The notes under the pieces were generated by a model. The model saw only the letters and a program-made list of their open reading frames with translations, did no database searches and was not told the DNA's origin. From NCBI GenBank assembly GCA_030141605.1, contig JAQGDQ010000366.1:124537-188536 (forward strand): a stretch of DNA of 64,000 nt, written 5' to 3'. A program made the position numbers and the translations under genes. The stretch comes from Tubiluchus corallicola. Taxonomy: Eukaryota > Animalia > Priapulida. Shown here in pieces: positions 14,101-26,090 of the stretch (within the stretch, counting starts at the first letter, position 1; each line of letters begins with the position of its first letter).

Positions 14101-16290
14101 GACTTTTGTCAGATCATTTACTACTAGACAATCAAATTTGATTAGCTTCCTTCGACAAGTTTGCAAAGTGTAATTGCCTGTCGTTCATTAGAAGCTGAAT
14201 TTACTCGGGTACAAAGATAAATACATTACACAATATACAAAGTAAAAGTTCCTTTAGCGTCTTCTGATGTAAAAATGAGAAAAACGCAAGAAAAGTTGTT
14301 CTCAATCTGTTAGCGATATTTTTTATCATTCGTGCATCGTAATCGTAGCTCTCTAGTTTTGTGCTTAGAACTAGAGAAAAATTAGGTTAAATATTTCACT
14401 TTTATAAGACTGCATTGATTAATGTTATCAAGTTTAAGCGAATTCGGTTTTGTAATTGTTGACAGTTATGAACAACAATTATAGCATTGGCGTTGATGCT
14501 TTGTTTTGGTAATGAAGTGAAAATTACTGATACATCGTTTTACCGCACGCACAATTCACCTGAAAATTGTTTAGCTGCGCACGAGATTCTCTTTAGCAGA
14601 TTCCTATTTTCATATAACTTCAATGTGACGCTTTTATTAATAGATGACGCATTTTCTGAGGGTGCATTCTGGCATGCCACTGTCTGTATACGGAAAACAA
14701 GAGTTCAGATACAATCGTGGCCAAAAGTTTAAGCCCACCTGTGATTACGATGTGAATTTTGAGCTTTTTTGGTATTTGATATCGTATATTTTCCCTCGTG
14801 GTGGACCGATTCGTACACTCGATGGTTCATTAGGAAGGTAATTGAAAATTGCAAATGAATGTTTGTGTTGCGCATGCGCAGGACTCACGAGATGATGACG
14901 TCATCGCATCAAGTCGGAGACAAATGCGCACTTGCAGTTGATCACTCATCCTCTTACCTTTCATTAGAATTACCATCCAACATAATCAGACGACTGGGGA
15001 GGAAGCTACTGCCGAGAGCGCGTCTAAGACAATTCCCGCAACCGTACCGATGACGTCATCAATGCGATGACCTCTTCATCTCGTAAGTCCTGCGATGCGC
15101 AACACAAACGTTGCAATTTTTAATTACCTTCCTAATGAACCATCGAGTGTACGAATCGGTCCACCATGAGGGAAAATGTATGGTATTGAATACCAAAAAA
15201 AGCTCAAAATTCACATCGTAATCACAGGTAGGCTTAAACTTTTGGCCACGACTGTATAATTGAAATGTTCACCGTCAATTAAGCAAATTTCCATCTGCAG
15301 TGTCTAAGAACAAATGTCAGCTCTGAATTTCTAGCTGAGAACCTTTCTCGTTTGTTAACGTCTTCTGCTTTTGTTCATCATACATCTACTAACAGTCTTC
15401 GTTCGTTTGTTACGCTAAGTTTTTCACTTGGTATGTTATCTTTAGCAGTTTTTGGCATTATTTATAGGCACTGATTTTAACTATATGCATGGGCTTATTA
15501 AGATTTGATGAAAGTTATCCAAGGCTAATTGATCTATGTCTTTTTTTGTTTATTTTAGTATAAAATCTTTTGTTTAAATCACCCTTACTAACCCTTGAAA
15601 AAAAGATGATCATTTTTTGCTTGATTTGCTACATGTTCTTTTGTTTCGCTTCTAACGATGGTGTAACATTGCTTCCGTTAACATGCTTGTATGTCTTACT
15701 AATCACTATGGCTGTGTACATCCCACTTTGCTGACACTAACCCGGTCTTTAGAAAGATGCATAATAGAGGGGTTCTAAGCGAAATTACTCGGTTCAGTAA
15801 ATACACAATAACTGTGCGCCGCCGGACTAAATGAGTCCGTAAAATGTACACAATTTCAAAATCACATTATACATTATGTAGTTTTATAACATCTGCTTCC
15901 ACATGTAAAAAAATTCACAGAGTTAATATTTTATAAAGAACTTTTTTGTTCAGCTATCGTTCGAACGTAGGAACTGATGTGATGTAGTCCATTCGTGTAA
16001 AGATCTTGCAGGCTACAGTCTGTTTGCTGTGGTATCATTGATTATTCACGTTACCTCAGGCATGTTAAGCATTTACTGCATTGTTTAATATTGTACTCGT
16101 AAATCATGCTCGTGCTCTCATTTTGCAGGAAGACTTGAGTGACGAAGAAGAAGACGAAGTCGTAACGTCACAGCCGGCAGCACAGTCGCAAGCGGGCGAG
16201 TCGGCGGCAACCGAGGCGACGTTACTAAATCAGGACGGAGACAAAGTGCCGAGTTACACTGAAACCGCCGGGGAGCCAAGGGTGTCATGA
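2014..16290 (+). CDS. DNAJC5: Cysteine string protein (DnaJ homolog subfamily C member 5), 3' part of a spliced gene; N-terminal J-domain exon(s) lie upstream of the window
   Basis: Phase-0 GT-AG exons 2014-2166, 6255-6386, (12834-12947) and 16129-16290 encode the J-domain C-terminal half [34 protein letters not shown], the cysteine string [18 protein letters not shown] and a CSP-like C-terminal tail. Confidence 0.93.
2755..3604. mobile_element. Non-autonomous Tc1/mariner-pogo type DNA transposon (MITE)
   Basis: TA|CAGTAGTCGCCACTTAATAGACTCAC ... GTGAGTCTATTAAGCCGCGCCTACTG|TA: imperfect TIRs with TA TSD. Confidence 0.75.
3669..6226. repeat. Minisatellite, 44-bp unit, ~58 copies
   Basis: Unit GTTTGGAGTGATGTTGAGCAGTGTACTTGGAACAATGCACGATT; source of the long spurious minus-strand ORFs 3541..6396, 3588..6167, 3617..5155 and 5210..6235. 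Confidence 0.97.
6255..6386 (+). CDS. DNAJC5: DNAJC5 exon: cysteine string domain
   Basis: tttcag|GCATTG...CTAAAC|gtaagt; 132 nt = [44 protein letters not shown]. Confidence 0.95.
6441..6890. repeat. Diverged tandem duplication of ~245 bp (possibly the 3' end of a minus-strand retroposon)
   Basis: TTTATTCATCCATTTAGCAC..ACAGTGCTATGAGCGCAGCAGAAGAAATT..GATATAAACAACAAC occurs at ~6441 and ~6688. Confidence 0.7.
7341..7802. mobile_element. hAT-family MITE
   Basis: TIRs CAGGGGTGTGCAAA / TTTGCACACCCCTG flanked by a perfect 8-bp TSD CCTTACGA (7333-7340, 7803-7810). Confidence 0.9.
7995..8178. repeat. Near-perfect 92-bp tandem duplication
   Basis: CATCAATGTAAAAATGAGCAAGG...GCTCTTTCTTTGCTCTTT occurs twice head-to-tail. 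Confidence 0.85.
9408..9640. repeat. Fold-back inverted repeat (palindromic MITE-like)
   Basis: TTCAGTTCTTACAAGTAACTATTATTCACTAACT pairs with AGTTAGTGAATAATAGTTATTTGTAAGAACTGAA; outer GTTAACAATG/CATTGTTAAC. Confidence 0.7.
9688..11326. mobile_element. PIF/Harbinger-like MITE whose interior is amplified into a 122-bp tandem array (~12 copies)
   Basis: Ends GCGTTCAGACT... and ...AGAAAACTCGCTAGTCTGAAC match the TIRs of the 23377-23692 element; GTTACTCTTTGACAGTAAGC recurs every 122 bp from ~9762 to ~11104. Confidence 0.85.
12296..12750. mobile_element. pogo-like MITE
   Basis: TA|CCGTATTTTCCCGTGTATAAGAGACCC ... GGGTCTCTTATACACGGGAAAATACGG|TA: perfect TIRs with TA TSD. Confidence 0.9.
12834..12947 (+). 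CDS. DNAJC5: Candidate DNAJC5 internal/cassette exon (not in the ORF track)
   Basis: ctttattttag|CCAGAG...TCTCGG|gtacgt; 114 nt, phase 0-0, [38 protein letters not shown]; [11 protein letters not shown] resembles the vertebrate CSP tail DTPIVIQPAS (recalled from memory). Confidence 0.65.
12965..14065. repeat. A-rich (AAAC/AAGC-derived) repeat with a 167-bp higher-order unit (~4.5 copies) decaying into simple AAAC-rich sequence
   Basis: AAACATGCAAAC recurs at ~13090, 13257, 13424 and 13591; explains the hydrophobic spurious ORFs 12901..13877. Confidence 0.9.
14712..15254. mobile_element. Tc1-like fold-back MITE with ~200-bp inverted arms
   Basis: TA|CAATCGTGGCCAAAAGTTTAAGCC ... GGCTTAAACTTTTGGCCACGACTG|TA; arms ~14712-14910 and ~15050-15254 are reverse complements. 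Confidence 0.9.
16129..16290 (+). CDS. DNAJC5: DNAJC5 C-terminal coding exon
   Basis: ttttgcag|GAAGAC...TCATGA; [53 protein letters not shown], resembling the CSP tail (EDL..QP..ATE.T.L..PSY). Confidence 0.85.
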   Translation, partial: EDLSDEEEDEVVTSQPAAQSQAGESAATEATLLNQDGDKVPSYTETAGEPRVS

Positions 16291-16344
16291 GTTGCGCATC
16301 GTTTACTAGCAGAGTTAGTATTGTTCTGTAGTCGTTTCATTGTA

Positions 16345-16520
16345 CAGTAAGTCCTCGTTTAACGACGCTAATGCCTTCCAGCAAAACGCGACGTTAAGCG
16401 AAACGTCGTTAAACGAAACCAATACTTTCTTAGAAAGTAATGTAAAAGAATTGAGATACGTTCCAGAAGCAGAAATCAATGCTGTTTAAATCATATACGT
16501 CAAACGTTTTATGAGTTTTA
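16345..16520. mobile_element. Tigger/pogo-like MITE left end (a related fragment lies at ~11422-11500)
   Basis: TA|CAGTAAGTCCTCGTTTAACGACGCTAATG; similar CAGTAAATTCTCGCCTAACGACGCTAGT at 11422. Confidence 0.55.
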
Positions 16521-16596
16521 TTCATATTTCTACTGATTAATTTCTTTCTGTTTGCTTGAAACCACCTATCTTTCTTATCAATATCTAGCTAGACTT

Positions 16597-17725
16597 GCTA
16601 GTGGTCACTTGAAGTATGAACACAGACAGTTCACGGTTAAACACTGGCTAGTGGTCTCTTGAAGTATGAACATAGACAGTTCACAGTTAAACACAGGCTA
16701 GTGGTCTCTTGAAGTATGAACATGGACAGTTCACGGTTAAACACTGGCTAGTGGTCTCTTGAAGTATGAACATAGACAGTTCACAGTTAAACACTGGCTA
16801 GTGGTCTCTTGAAGTATGTAGTAGACAGTTCACAGTTAAACACTGGCTAGTGCTAGTGGTCTCTTGAAGTATGAACGTAGACAGTTTACAGTTAAACACT
16901 GGCTAGTGGTCTCTTGAAGTATGAACATAGACAGTTCACAGTTAAACACTGGCTAGTGGTCTCTTGAAGTATGAACATAGACAGTTCACAGTTAAACACA
17001 GGCTAGTGGTCTCTTGAAGTATGAACATAGACAGTTCACAGTTAAACACTGGCTAGTGCTAGTGGTCTCTTGAAGTATGAACATAGACAGTTCACAGTTA
17101 AACACTGGCTAGTGGTCTCTTGAAGTATGAACGCAGACAGTTCACAGTTAAACACTGGCTAGTGGTCTTTTGAAGTATGAACATAGACAGTTCACAGTTA
17201 AACACTGGCTAGTGCTAGTGGTCTCTTGAAGTATGAACGCAGACAGTTCACAGTTAAACACTGGCTAGTGGTCTCTTGAAGTATGAACGCAGACAGTTCA
17301 CAGTTAAACACTGGCTAGTGGTCTCTTGAAGTATGAACATAGACAGTTCACAGTTAAACACAGGCTAGTGGTCTCTTGAAGTATGAACATAGACAGTTCA
17401 CAGTTAAACACTGGCTAGTGCTAGTGGTCTCTTGAAGTATGAACATAGACAGTTCACAGTTAAACACTGGCTAGTGGTCTCTTGAAGTATGAACATAGAC
17501 AGTTCACAGTTAAACACTGGCTAGTGGTCTCTTGAAGTATGAACATGGACAGTTCACGGTTAAACACTTGCTAGTGGTCTCTTGAAGTATGTAGTAGACA
17601 GTTCACAGTTAAACACTGGCTAGTGGTCTTTTGAAGTATGAACATAGACAGTTCACAGTTAAACACTGGCTAGTGGTCTTTTGAAGTATGAACATAGACA
17701 GTTCACAGTTAAACACTGGCTAGTG
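16597..17725. repeat. Minisatellite, 50-bp unit, ~22 copies
   Basis: Unit GGCTAGTGGTCTCTTGAAGTATGAACATAGACAGTTCACAGTTAAACACT; some copies carry a GCTAGT duplication. Confidence 0.95.
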
Positions 17726-17800
17726 AAAGCCAGGCCCTGCAGGAAGCGACCTTGAGACAATTTCAGGTAGTAGTAATCTGGTTTCCCTATTTTCTTTTAA

Positions 17801-18405
17801 AGGAAGACACGATGATTTTTCATACACTGCCTCATTTTCAAGTCAAGATGAAAGTATACATTTTAACCCAATTAATACTGCAAAAACATTTCTGATAATC
17901 AAATAATAGATTAATTAACTGCAGGCGAGCCCAACTATTGATGACATCACAAACTCGCTTAATTTTCAGCAGCATAAATATTCCACGAACCTGTTGCTCG
18001 TGTTTGTGAAAGTGAAAATTGGAGTACAGTGCTACTTTAAGATATTCAGTGTGTTGTACTAAAACTAGGCAAGTTTTAAGATAAAAATTCAAATTCATCG
18101 CTGTGCTCATGCATGAGTTGTCGAACGTGTGTAGTTCATCACAAACTAACACATCTGAGCTGAGAAGTGCTGCACCTGTTTTCTTGCGCAGCGCATTTCC
18201 AAAATGCAGGCCGTGGTGCCTGTCTAACCAGCGAATGGCGAAATGCATGTAACAGCGAAGAACTAGTGGTGCGAACGTGAAATTGTGTTTGTGTGGTAAT
18301 AATTCTTTCACGTAAGTCATTTTTGAAAAAATAGCATGTTTCCTTTAAATATTTTAAAGAGTAGATTGTTTTGACCTGCAGTTTAAGATCGGGTCCAGTA
18401 TTGCT
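17801..18405. mobile_element. TTAA-flanked AGG...CCT-ended non-autonomous DNA transposon (Kolobok-like); relatives at ~1500-1983, ~37180-37663 and 48818-49427
   Basis: TTAA|AGGAAGACACG left end; the interior is a reverse complement of 48818-49427 (both ORF tracks read NFYLKTCLVLVQHTEYL). Confidence 0.75.
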
Positions 18406-18530
18406 TTAATTTCGGTCGCTAAGTATAAAGTGTTACCAGTCGGCTAACAATTATTTTTAAGGTAATTATGATGAATTTATATCGAAAAAATAATACGTCA
18501 TTTCATCTCACCTTTTTACTTATTTTGCAG

Positions 18531-18560
18531 TCCAAAGACGTATCAGAAGTTACACCGTAA
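18531..18560 (+). CDS. Possible alternative last coding exon of DNAJC5 (SKDVSEVTP*) followed by a long 3' UTR-like region
   Basis: Strong acceptor cctttttacttattttgcag at 18511-18530; in-frame if joined to a weak GT donor at 16282 (..GEPR|gtgtca). Confidence 0.35.
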   Translation, partial: SKDVSEVTP

Positions 18561-19097
18561 ACTCACACAGACCGCACAGCAGAGTAAAAGAAAAACTACG
18601 TCACTTTTGGTCGCCCACGAATCGAAAGTCATCCTTTTCAATGTTGCCAAATTCTCCGTTACTGTTACCGTTGTTCACATATGCACACGTCTTGCCAAAC
18701 TGACGGCCATGTTTAGAATAAGAGTAGGTTACATGCTGTACTTACTTAATGAAGATTTTTCTTCATTTTGGACACGAGTCTATCACTTGATGCATGTGCG
18801 AAATCAAAAGGACCCCGTGTATGCTCATTAATTGTCGTATTTATAATTAATAGGCCTAATCTCATTGTTTCAATTATTTCAAATATAAAGGGAGGATTCT
18901 TTTCTAGTGTAGTTATTAGGCTTTTTTACTGTATTCTTCTTCTTCTTTTCTTACTTTTACCGTAATTGTACTTTTTTGAATATCGTAGGACTGCAAATGC
19001 ACTCATATCTTGGTTTCCCGGACAAAAGTGGGTCCGAATTTGCTGATTGTCTGTATTTTCCGATACTAAGCTGATACATTAGGCACCGTGTATTAGG

Positions 19098-19300
19098 CTC
19101 ACGGTAATGTAGAATCAATCGTTTAATTGTCTCAAAAACGTCTAGTACGGGCCACTCCTGACTTATGAGACTCACAGTAATGTAGAATCAATCGTCTAAT
19201 TGTCTCAAAAACGTCTAGTACAGGCCACTCCTGACATATTAGACTCACAGTAATATAGAATCAATCGTCTAATTGTCTCAAAAACGTCTAGTACGGGCCG
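19098..19300. repeat. 73-bp tandem repeat, ~2.8 copies
   Basis: CTCAC(A/G)GTAATGTAGAATCAATCG..TGTCTCAAAAACGTCTAGTAC at 19098, 19171 and 19244. Confidence 0.85.
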
Positions 19301-22224
19301 CTCCTATGCAAAAGTGAATAAAAACTGTCGGCAATTGACTCAAATAATTCTGCATAATTGATTCTATAGTTTTCTGCACATGCTTAAATAAGATACTTTT
19401 CTGTACTAATAAGCTCTTGCTATTTTTATGTCGTCTTACTTCGCTTTTGTGCACTAGAATATACGTAGAAACATTCATATTAAGTACAGTTTGTTTGTAA
19501 GCAAGGTTTATCGTGTGCTAATAATTGTGCTGGCCTAGCTGTTTTGCCTAGAATCTGTGTGATCTGCTTGTACACTGCACTTAACCTCATTACCTAAGAA
19601 TTTCTGGAAGCTAAACATTTACAGTGATACGAGTGCGTACTATGCTGTTTTGTCCGTTAATCTGCCGTTAGAACAGTTGTAATCACTTGTGCAGTGGTTT
19701 GCTTTTTTAACTCTTGCTGCTTTTCACAGAATGTTTAATCAGTAAACTGTTGCTGCTATGCTAAGGGTGTGGGTACTGTACATTTATCTGCCAGTATTCC
19801 TTACATGCGTATAAAAATCATAGCGCAATGGTCAGCTCGCAAAACGACGGACGGCATCCTTAATATGCGGGACTTTAACGGACCAGATTTCTCCGATTCT
19901 TCCGATATCCGTAAAAGCGTGCTTCGGCAAGCCGAGATATGAGTGTAGTGCAATTATATACCTGCAACGTTTTTTTAACTTGCCCACAGATGGCAGACAA
20001 AAGAAAGTCACTCGGTCGCCATAGCAACGCCAACTTTACTAATGCCCAGTCCACACCATGTAGCTAGAAGCTAAAGCTGAACAATGCACACAGTGGGCTA
20101 CCTCTCACTAACGCCATGACAACCTATTGTTCCAACTAAACTGGCTTCCTGCTGTTGGCTGTTTGTGTCCAAATATGTAGAACCAACCCGTAAGAAAAGG
20201 GCTTCGCTTAATGTGCAAAACAGCTTAAAACCTTTGTTAAATTTACTCAAAATGCACAAAACTCAGAAAAAATCTTGATATAAAAATGTGACCATCACAA
20301 AGCTTAACTGTCGCTCTTAAGAGATGCATTGGCTGTTTTTATCTGTAACATGCTTATTCTAAGGAGATTACCACTATTGCTTAAAAACTGAAATTTCTGA
20401 ATGGTCTGCAAATTAATCGGGCACAGCAATGACTTGTAATTTGTACTATTTACATGTCGCATGTTAAAGGACCTCGTCAGCAAATAGTTTAATTACTATT
20501 TATGTTTTTATACTTGCTGTAGTTAGCATGGGTGAGTGTATAACAGGTTTTGTCTCTACAATGTTAACAATTTAGTAATCAGCAGTCATATTCCTTATAA
20601 AGGTGCATCTCTTCTGGCCTAGACACCTGTAAGTTGATAGACTATAGTTAATCATTTACGGATCGTAACTCTAAGATTTCCGGTTAACTCTCGGCCTCCG
20701 CAAATGGGGTTCAAAAACACCCGAAGCGCGTTCATTTAGCTATGGATATGATTTTGCCCCAAAACCGCCGGTACCTCTCCTTTTCTGTGTTTAAATGATT
20801 ATCCGTCATTATTACCCTTCATACATAAATGACGAGATTTGATGACAATTACATGAAGAATGACAAATTATGTAGAGAAACTCTAAACCCCTCCTCCAGA
20901 TGGCGAGCTAAATAGAAGGCAGAAAGTCAACCCTTCTATACATAAACGACAAGATTTGATGACAATTACATAAAGAATAACACATTATATAGTGAAATAC
21001 GATTTTTTATGTTACAAAAGGACATGTTCACAGCACTGTTAAACAATATGACAGTGACGCTACCAATGTCTTATGTACTGCAGTTCAGTTTGTGCGAAGC
21101 TCAATTATTTATTTACAAATTGCCCAGTATATATATTGCATTTTGAGTTAGACGAAGTAAATTGCATGTATTTTGATTAAATGGACCATCATTTTTTAGT
21201 TGAGTTAGGCGAAATTTTGAGTTAAGCGATGTTTTCTGTGAGAAAAAGTGATTTTCCCCAGTCGGCTGAAATTCTTTGAGTTATGCGATTTTTAGCTACG
21301 TGGAGTTTACTGTAGCATAAAATTTCATTTCTGGAAATTTTTTGTTCTCAACACTAACACACCCAGTTTAACTTCAGAAGTCATTTAACTTCTTGCGCAC
21401 CGTCCATGTAATTGTTTCACCCCAGTGCCAGTATTGCCATCATTATCGTCGTCATGATCATCATCATTATTGACTGTTTTCATTATCTATAAGTAAGAAT
21501 CAGAAAGTGAACAAATGTTTAATGTTTAATGTGTCAGCTGGCATTGAAATTCGCCATGTTTGTCGAAAATGGCCTATTAGGCTTTGGTGTGGCATAATTA
21601 AGTAAAGTAACACCTTTCACTAAGAGAAAATATGACTTGTGAAGATCATCGTATGTTTCTTATGTGTAAACTTAATACAGCAATACAAAAATAGAGCAAA
21701 ATAGTCAAAGATGTGGCGTAGGTTTAGTCGCCAACGGAAGCGTTTTTTCTGTATTTTATGCACGTGATGCGATTACAAATCCATTGCTGGTATTAGCGCG
21801 ACCACGAAATATTTCCGGCGGCCGAGGGTTAACAATTGAATGACCCGTTGCGGTGTGAACGTTGGCACTGGACTTGACCGACATGCATGAAACGTGAAAG
21901 AATGTTGGCTTGGTCACTTTTCTTTCAGTTGAGATTAGTTCTACTAATTCTTTTCTTTCGAGTGAGTTTCATTCTGAAGATTCTGTAATTGTTGGTCTTT
22001 AGAGTAGTATGTGATTGTGACTGCATAGTCGTGCCCCCCCCCCCGGTTCGAAACATGACAATCATTTCATCTTGCAAAGTATTATGTTTTACACGCTTGT
22101 GGCAAAATTTTTATTGTAATTTCTTTATACACTTACTCTTCTTCTGTTGTTTTTGAACGGTTTACTTATTGAAATGGCATTTAACCCTGACGACTTGTGA
22201 CTACCATGACATGTTGTAAGTTAA

Positions 22225-22772
22225 AGGAAAAGTCAAGCCTTTGGGAGGTTAGGCTTATTTCATTGTTCGGAAAATAGTAAGTAATAAAATGTAATAAAAG
22301 TAATAATAGTAAGAAAATTAGTAATAGAAGGGCGGTAAGCGCCTCGCATAACTAGTAAAATCAGTTTAAAATCACGATCACTTCATGCTTGTGTGCTCCC
22401 ATTTTGAGCACCCTTTTCCACCAGTGACATCAGAACGGCAACTCACTGTCAATTTCCATCAAAAAGTACGTTTTTAGAAAAAAATAGGAAGCAGTGTTTT
22501 TGCACGAGCGTTCGGTAAGCTGCAGAAGTTTGAATTAGTTTAAGCATCAAGTGCTTGCAATGCGCTTACAATGTGCAACAAAGTCCACCAGTTATGTCAC
22601 AATTTTCACTGAATGGCGGTTACCACCGCGCCTTAAAATTCCTACATAGCGGTAATACAAATTAACTTTGTACTTTAAAGACAGCTTTTTGAAAATTTCT
22701 TTGCTATGTTTTTCCACGTTGAAGTGATAGCAGTGTAATAAACCCAACGTGCAAAACGACTTGTCCTTTCCT
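22225..22772. mobile_element. TTAA-flanked MITE (Kolobok-like)
   Basis: TTAA|AGGAAAAGTCAAG ... CTTGTCCTTTCCT|TTAA. Confidence 0.7.
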
Positions 22773-23376
22773 TTAATATTCTCTTTGTATGATATGCGGT
22801 TACTAAAACATGCGTAGACGACATGTATGATATCTCTACATACGATGTATTTATCGTTTACTACTTCAATTACCCGTGCACACTGATGTCAGTCGTGTCG
22901 AAATCTTTTTGCAGTTAATGCATTGCGTACGAATCTATGTTGCGCGTTCAGCTGGCGTTTGAACCGTACCACCGTTCATCTGTTCTTCTGCTTGTAAGTG
23001 TGCATTTTTAATTAGAGCATGCAAGTTTGAAATATCCCTTGAATTACTGTGTAATACGAGACACATGCTCTCATTTTATTAGTATTTAAGCTTCCTTCTT
23101 GTGTTTCCATAATTATTATTTTTGTCCCTGTGAGATGAACGCAGAAAAGATATACTGATTGTAGATAAGATATTCGTTGGTTTTACTAAGTTGAGCGACT
23201 ACTTCCGTTGTGTATAGTTTTATTATGTCATGCGGATCTGTCATTTGTAACTAATAGCTTGCTACCTTAGTGTAACTCTGCAAGTTTTAAGCATTCTGGG
23301 AAGGTCACGTGATGTGCATAGCAAAATTGCTTTCTAGTCTACGCGAGCCGCGGCTCTGCGCCTGGTTGATGACTTA

Positions 23377-23692
23377 TGGCGTGTTTAGACTAGCGAGTTT
23401 TCTCTCTGACAGCAAACTTGAAAATGTGAACTGCTTTGCGAGTTACTGTCGGCAGGTTATCACAAACTGTCCGACAGTTGCTGTGAGTTAATTTGCCGTT
23501 TAGTGTGAACGTTTTGGCGAGTTTATTTACTGTCCAGTGTGAACACCTTGTTGAGTTACTCTCGACACTTCTCAAGAATTAAGTGTCATCTCACAGTTAC
23601 TGCCAGAGAGTAACTCACAGTAAGTTTTGCTGTCTAGTGTGAACACGCTTGCAAGTTACTTGGTGAGAAAACTCGCTAGTCTGAACTCGCCA
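23377..23692. mobile_element. PIF/Harbinger-like MITE, 316 bp
   Basis: TTA|TGGCGTGTTTAGACTAGCGAGTTTTCT ... AGAAAACTCGCTAGTCTGAACTCGCCA|TTA: TIRs with a 3-bp TTA TSD. Confidence 0.88.
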
Positions 23693-25450
23693 TTAGTGTA
23701 ACATTATGATGTCATACATTTATTCGATTGCATAGGTCTGTATTAATATTAATGGTTATTTTACGAATAATAATAATTATTTATAAACTAAATGAGTATT
23801 TGCAAGATGGGCGAATACGTAACGATTGTTTTTTGTCACATTCTGTGTGTAATAGAGATTGTACATTAGCACATGTGATGTATAATGTTTGAAATCTTAG
23901 TAGGAAGTGAACTTCCAAGCAAGTAGGTGATTTTATCTTGTTAAGATTTGTGTGTGAAGAATGCCAGAATGAAAAATTTGTCGTTCGTCTTTAGGCACAC
24001 TTCCAACTTTTTAACTCAACAAAAATCGTGCGTCATGCGCACCTTCTTTTGTCGGCCAATTTTTTGGATGCGCGAAGAAAGAGTATTTCGGATGCCTTTT
24101 GTTGTGAAACTGTTTTGATTTTTTTTCCGGTCTGGCAAAAAATTTTGATAAAATGCAAAGAAAACAGACTTTTTTAGGCTTGGCAGTTGACACTGTATGA
24201 AAACAAATTTGTAGAGCGTGAATCCGAATCTTGGCTGTGTGCCAAAAAGAAAGAGAAACCAGCTAGATGACTTAAGTGAACTAGCGATGCTTGATATTAT
24301 TCCAAAAGAACAAAATGTTAGGTAAGATTGTCCTGAGATTCAAAAGACAACATTGTGGCACCACCTGTGGCCAAAAATTAAAGATTCGACATTAGAACAG
24401 TATTCCTTATGAAACGAGTTGCAGCATTCGTTATGAAGCATCGTAGGAAACGAAAGGAATTTTCCATTTTGGCATTCTTATCTGTTCACTAGACATTCCG
24501 TTGTTGTTACTATGTGATGTGTAATGGTTACTCCAAAGTATCTTAATGGTAGTATAGATTTAAATGGACCAGTGTCTCAATCATTATCTAGTATTAATTA
24601 AATAAATTATTACCTTGAACAAAGTGTATGATCTTGAACATTGACATGGTTTACTTTAAAGCTCATTAATACATGTTATATATGTGTGCTTGCTGACCAA
24701 AACCGTCCACAAGTCGGCATAGTTAAAATCACGTTATACTTCATAGTAGACTGCACCAAAAATTTGGTCAAATGTCAATTTTTTGTTTTTATAAAAACAA
24801 ACGTTAAACATATTGAACTTTATATTCTAGTAAGAATATATCAAGAAAATATTAAAAAATACTAAAAATTTAATTTTGTAACCCCCTGCCCACTTTTCTA
24901 GATAGAAACTAAAATTGCAATTGTGAAACTCGTATTTTCAAACTCTGACAGTAACTCGTGGAAGCAGTAATTTTGCTTCTGGTTTTTTCTGTTGCCAAGC
25001 CTAGATCTTCGTCAGGAAGAGCCATCTACCGGATTTAAACGTAACTTCAACTTGTTCTTGCAAAGTCCGTAGCAACCAACATTTGTACGGTTGTTAAGTG
25101 TTTTGTAGAAACGCCACAAAAAACAATGGCTGACTTTAACAGTGATTTTCTCAAGATTATGTTTTTCAGGTCGCAGCCTGCACCTCAACTTCATCTCAGC
25201 TTAGCAATAACACAGAGCAATGAGCTTCATATCAAAATGATCCTTATGAAATGGAGATTAAGGATATGTGAATAACTAGAAAAACTTAATTACCGACTTA
25301 TGGACAATAAAACGCATTTTTCATGTGGCAACATGTCTTAAAATCGGTACATACTAGTGTTTTATATGTGTCAACTAAAAATCACAAAGTCTGTAGCATA
25401 GTGGCATGTGCCAGAAAGAAAAGAACTTCAACTATTTCGAATAATACAAA

Positions 25451-25456
25451 TTTAAT
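25451..25456 (-). terminator. Candidate polyadenylation signal (ATTAAA) of the ZC3H4-like gene
   Basis: ATTAAA on the minus strand ~640 nt after the stop codon, followed by a U-rich tract (GTTCTTTTCTTTCT). Confidence 0.35.
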
Positions 25457-26090
25457 TCAGTATTTACAAGAGTTCAAAATTAAGTTGCTGTAAATAATGT
25501 CATCTAACATCGTACATAACGCAAGCACAAAATCAAAAGCATGATAATTACGTACAAACTACATTACAATGGAAGCCAGGGTCAAAGTGAGCTAAAGCCC
25601 AACAAGGAAAACTATATTGTGTGCATTTGAATACTGTCAACTTGGGACGTACTAGGATTAAACAAGAAATAATACCAATTTACAATAACCACTTCACAGT
25701 AAAAACTGGCCAAGCTGTTCAGCATATTAAATAGTGTTAAGCTTCTAAAGCTAACATTTGGGGCTAACAAACATAAATTATTATCAATCTATAAAGACGT
25801 TCATAAGCAATATGACAAACCTTCAACTTTACCAAAATTATGTTTACATCAAGTGAAATTCATGACTAACTTATGAATTGCTACCTAGGCTCTCAATAAT
25901 AACAATACCGTCAAATGAGCACAAATAAACGTGTGGCATTCAGTATTAACGTGTACAAAACGTTGCAAAAAGCAAAAGAAAAACGCTGTCGGTTCATTAT
26001 TTACACAAAGTTACATCTAATTATCTCAAATGTACATTAATCAACGGCGTATGCAACAATGGGGACAATATAAGCAAAAATCATCAACTA

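Noticed and set aside
1-17725. Regular arrays as CRISPR loci
   Set aside because: Units are contiguous with no unique spacers, there are no cas genes, and the context is eukaryotic introns
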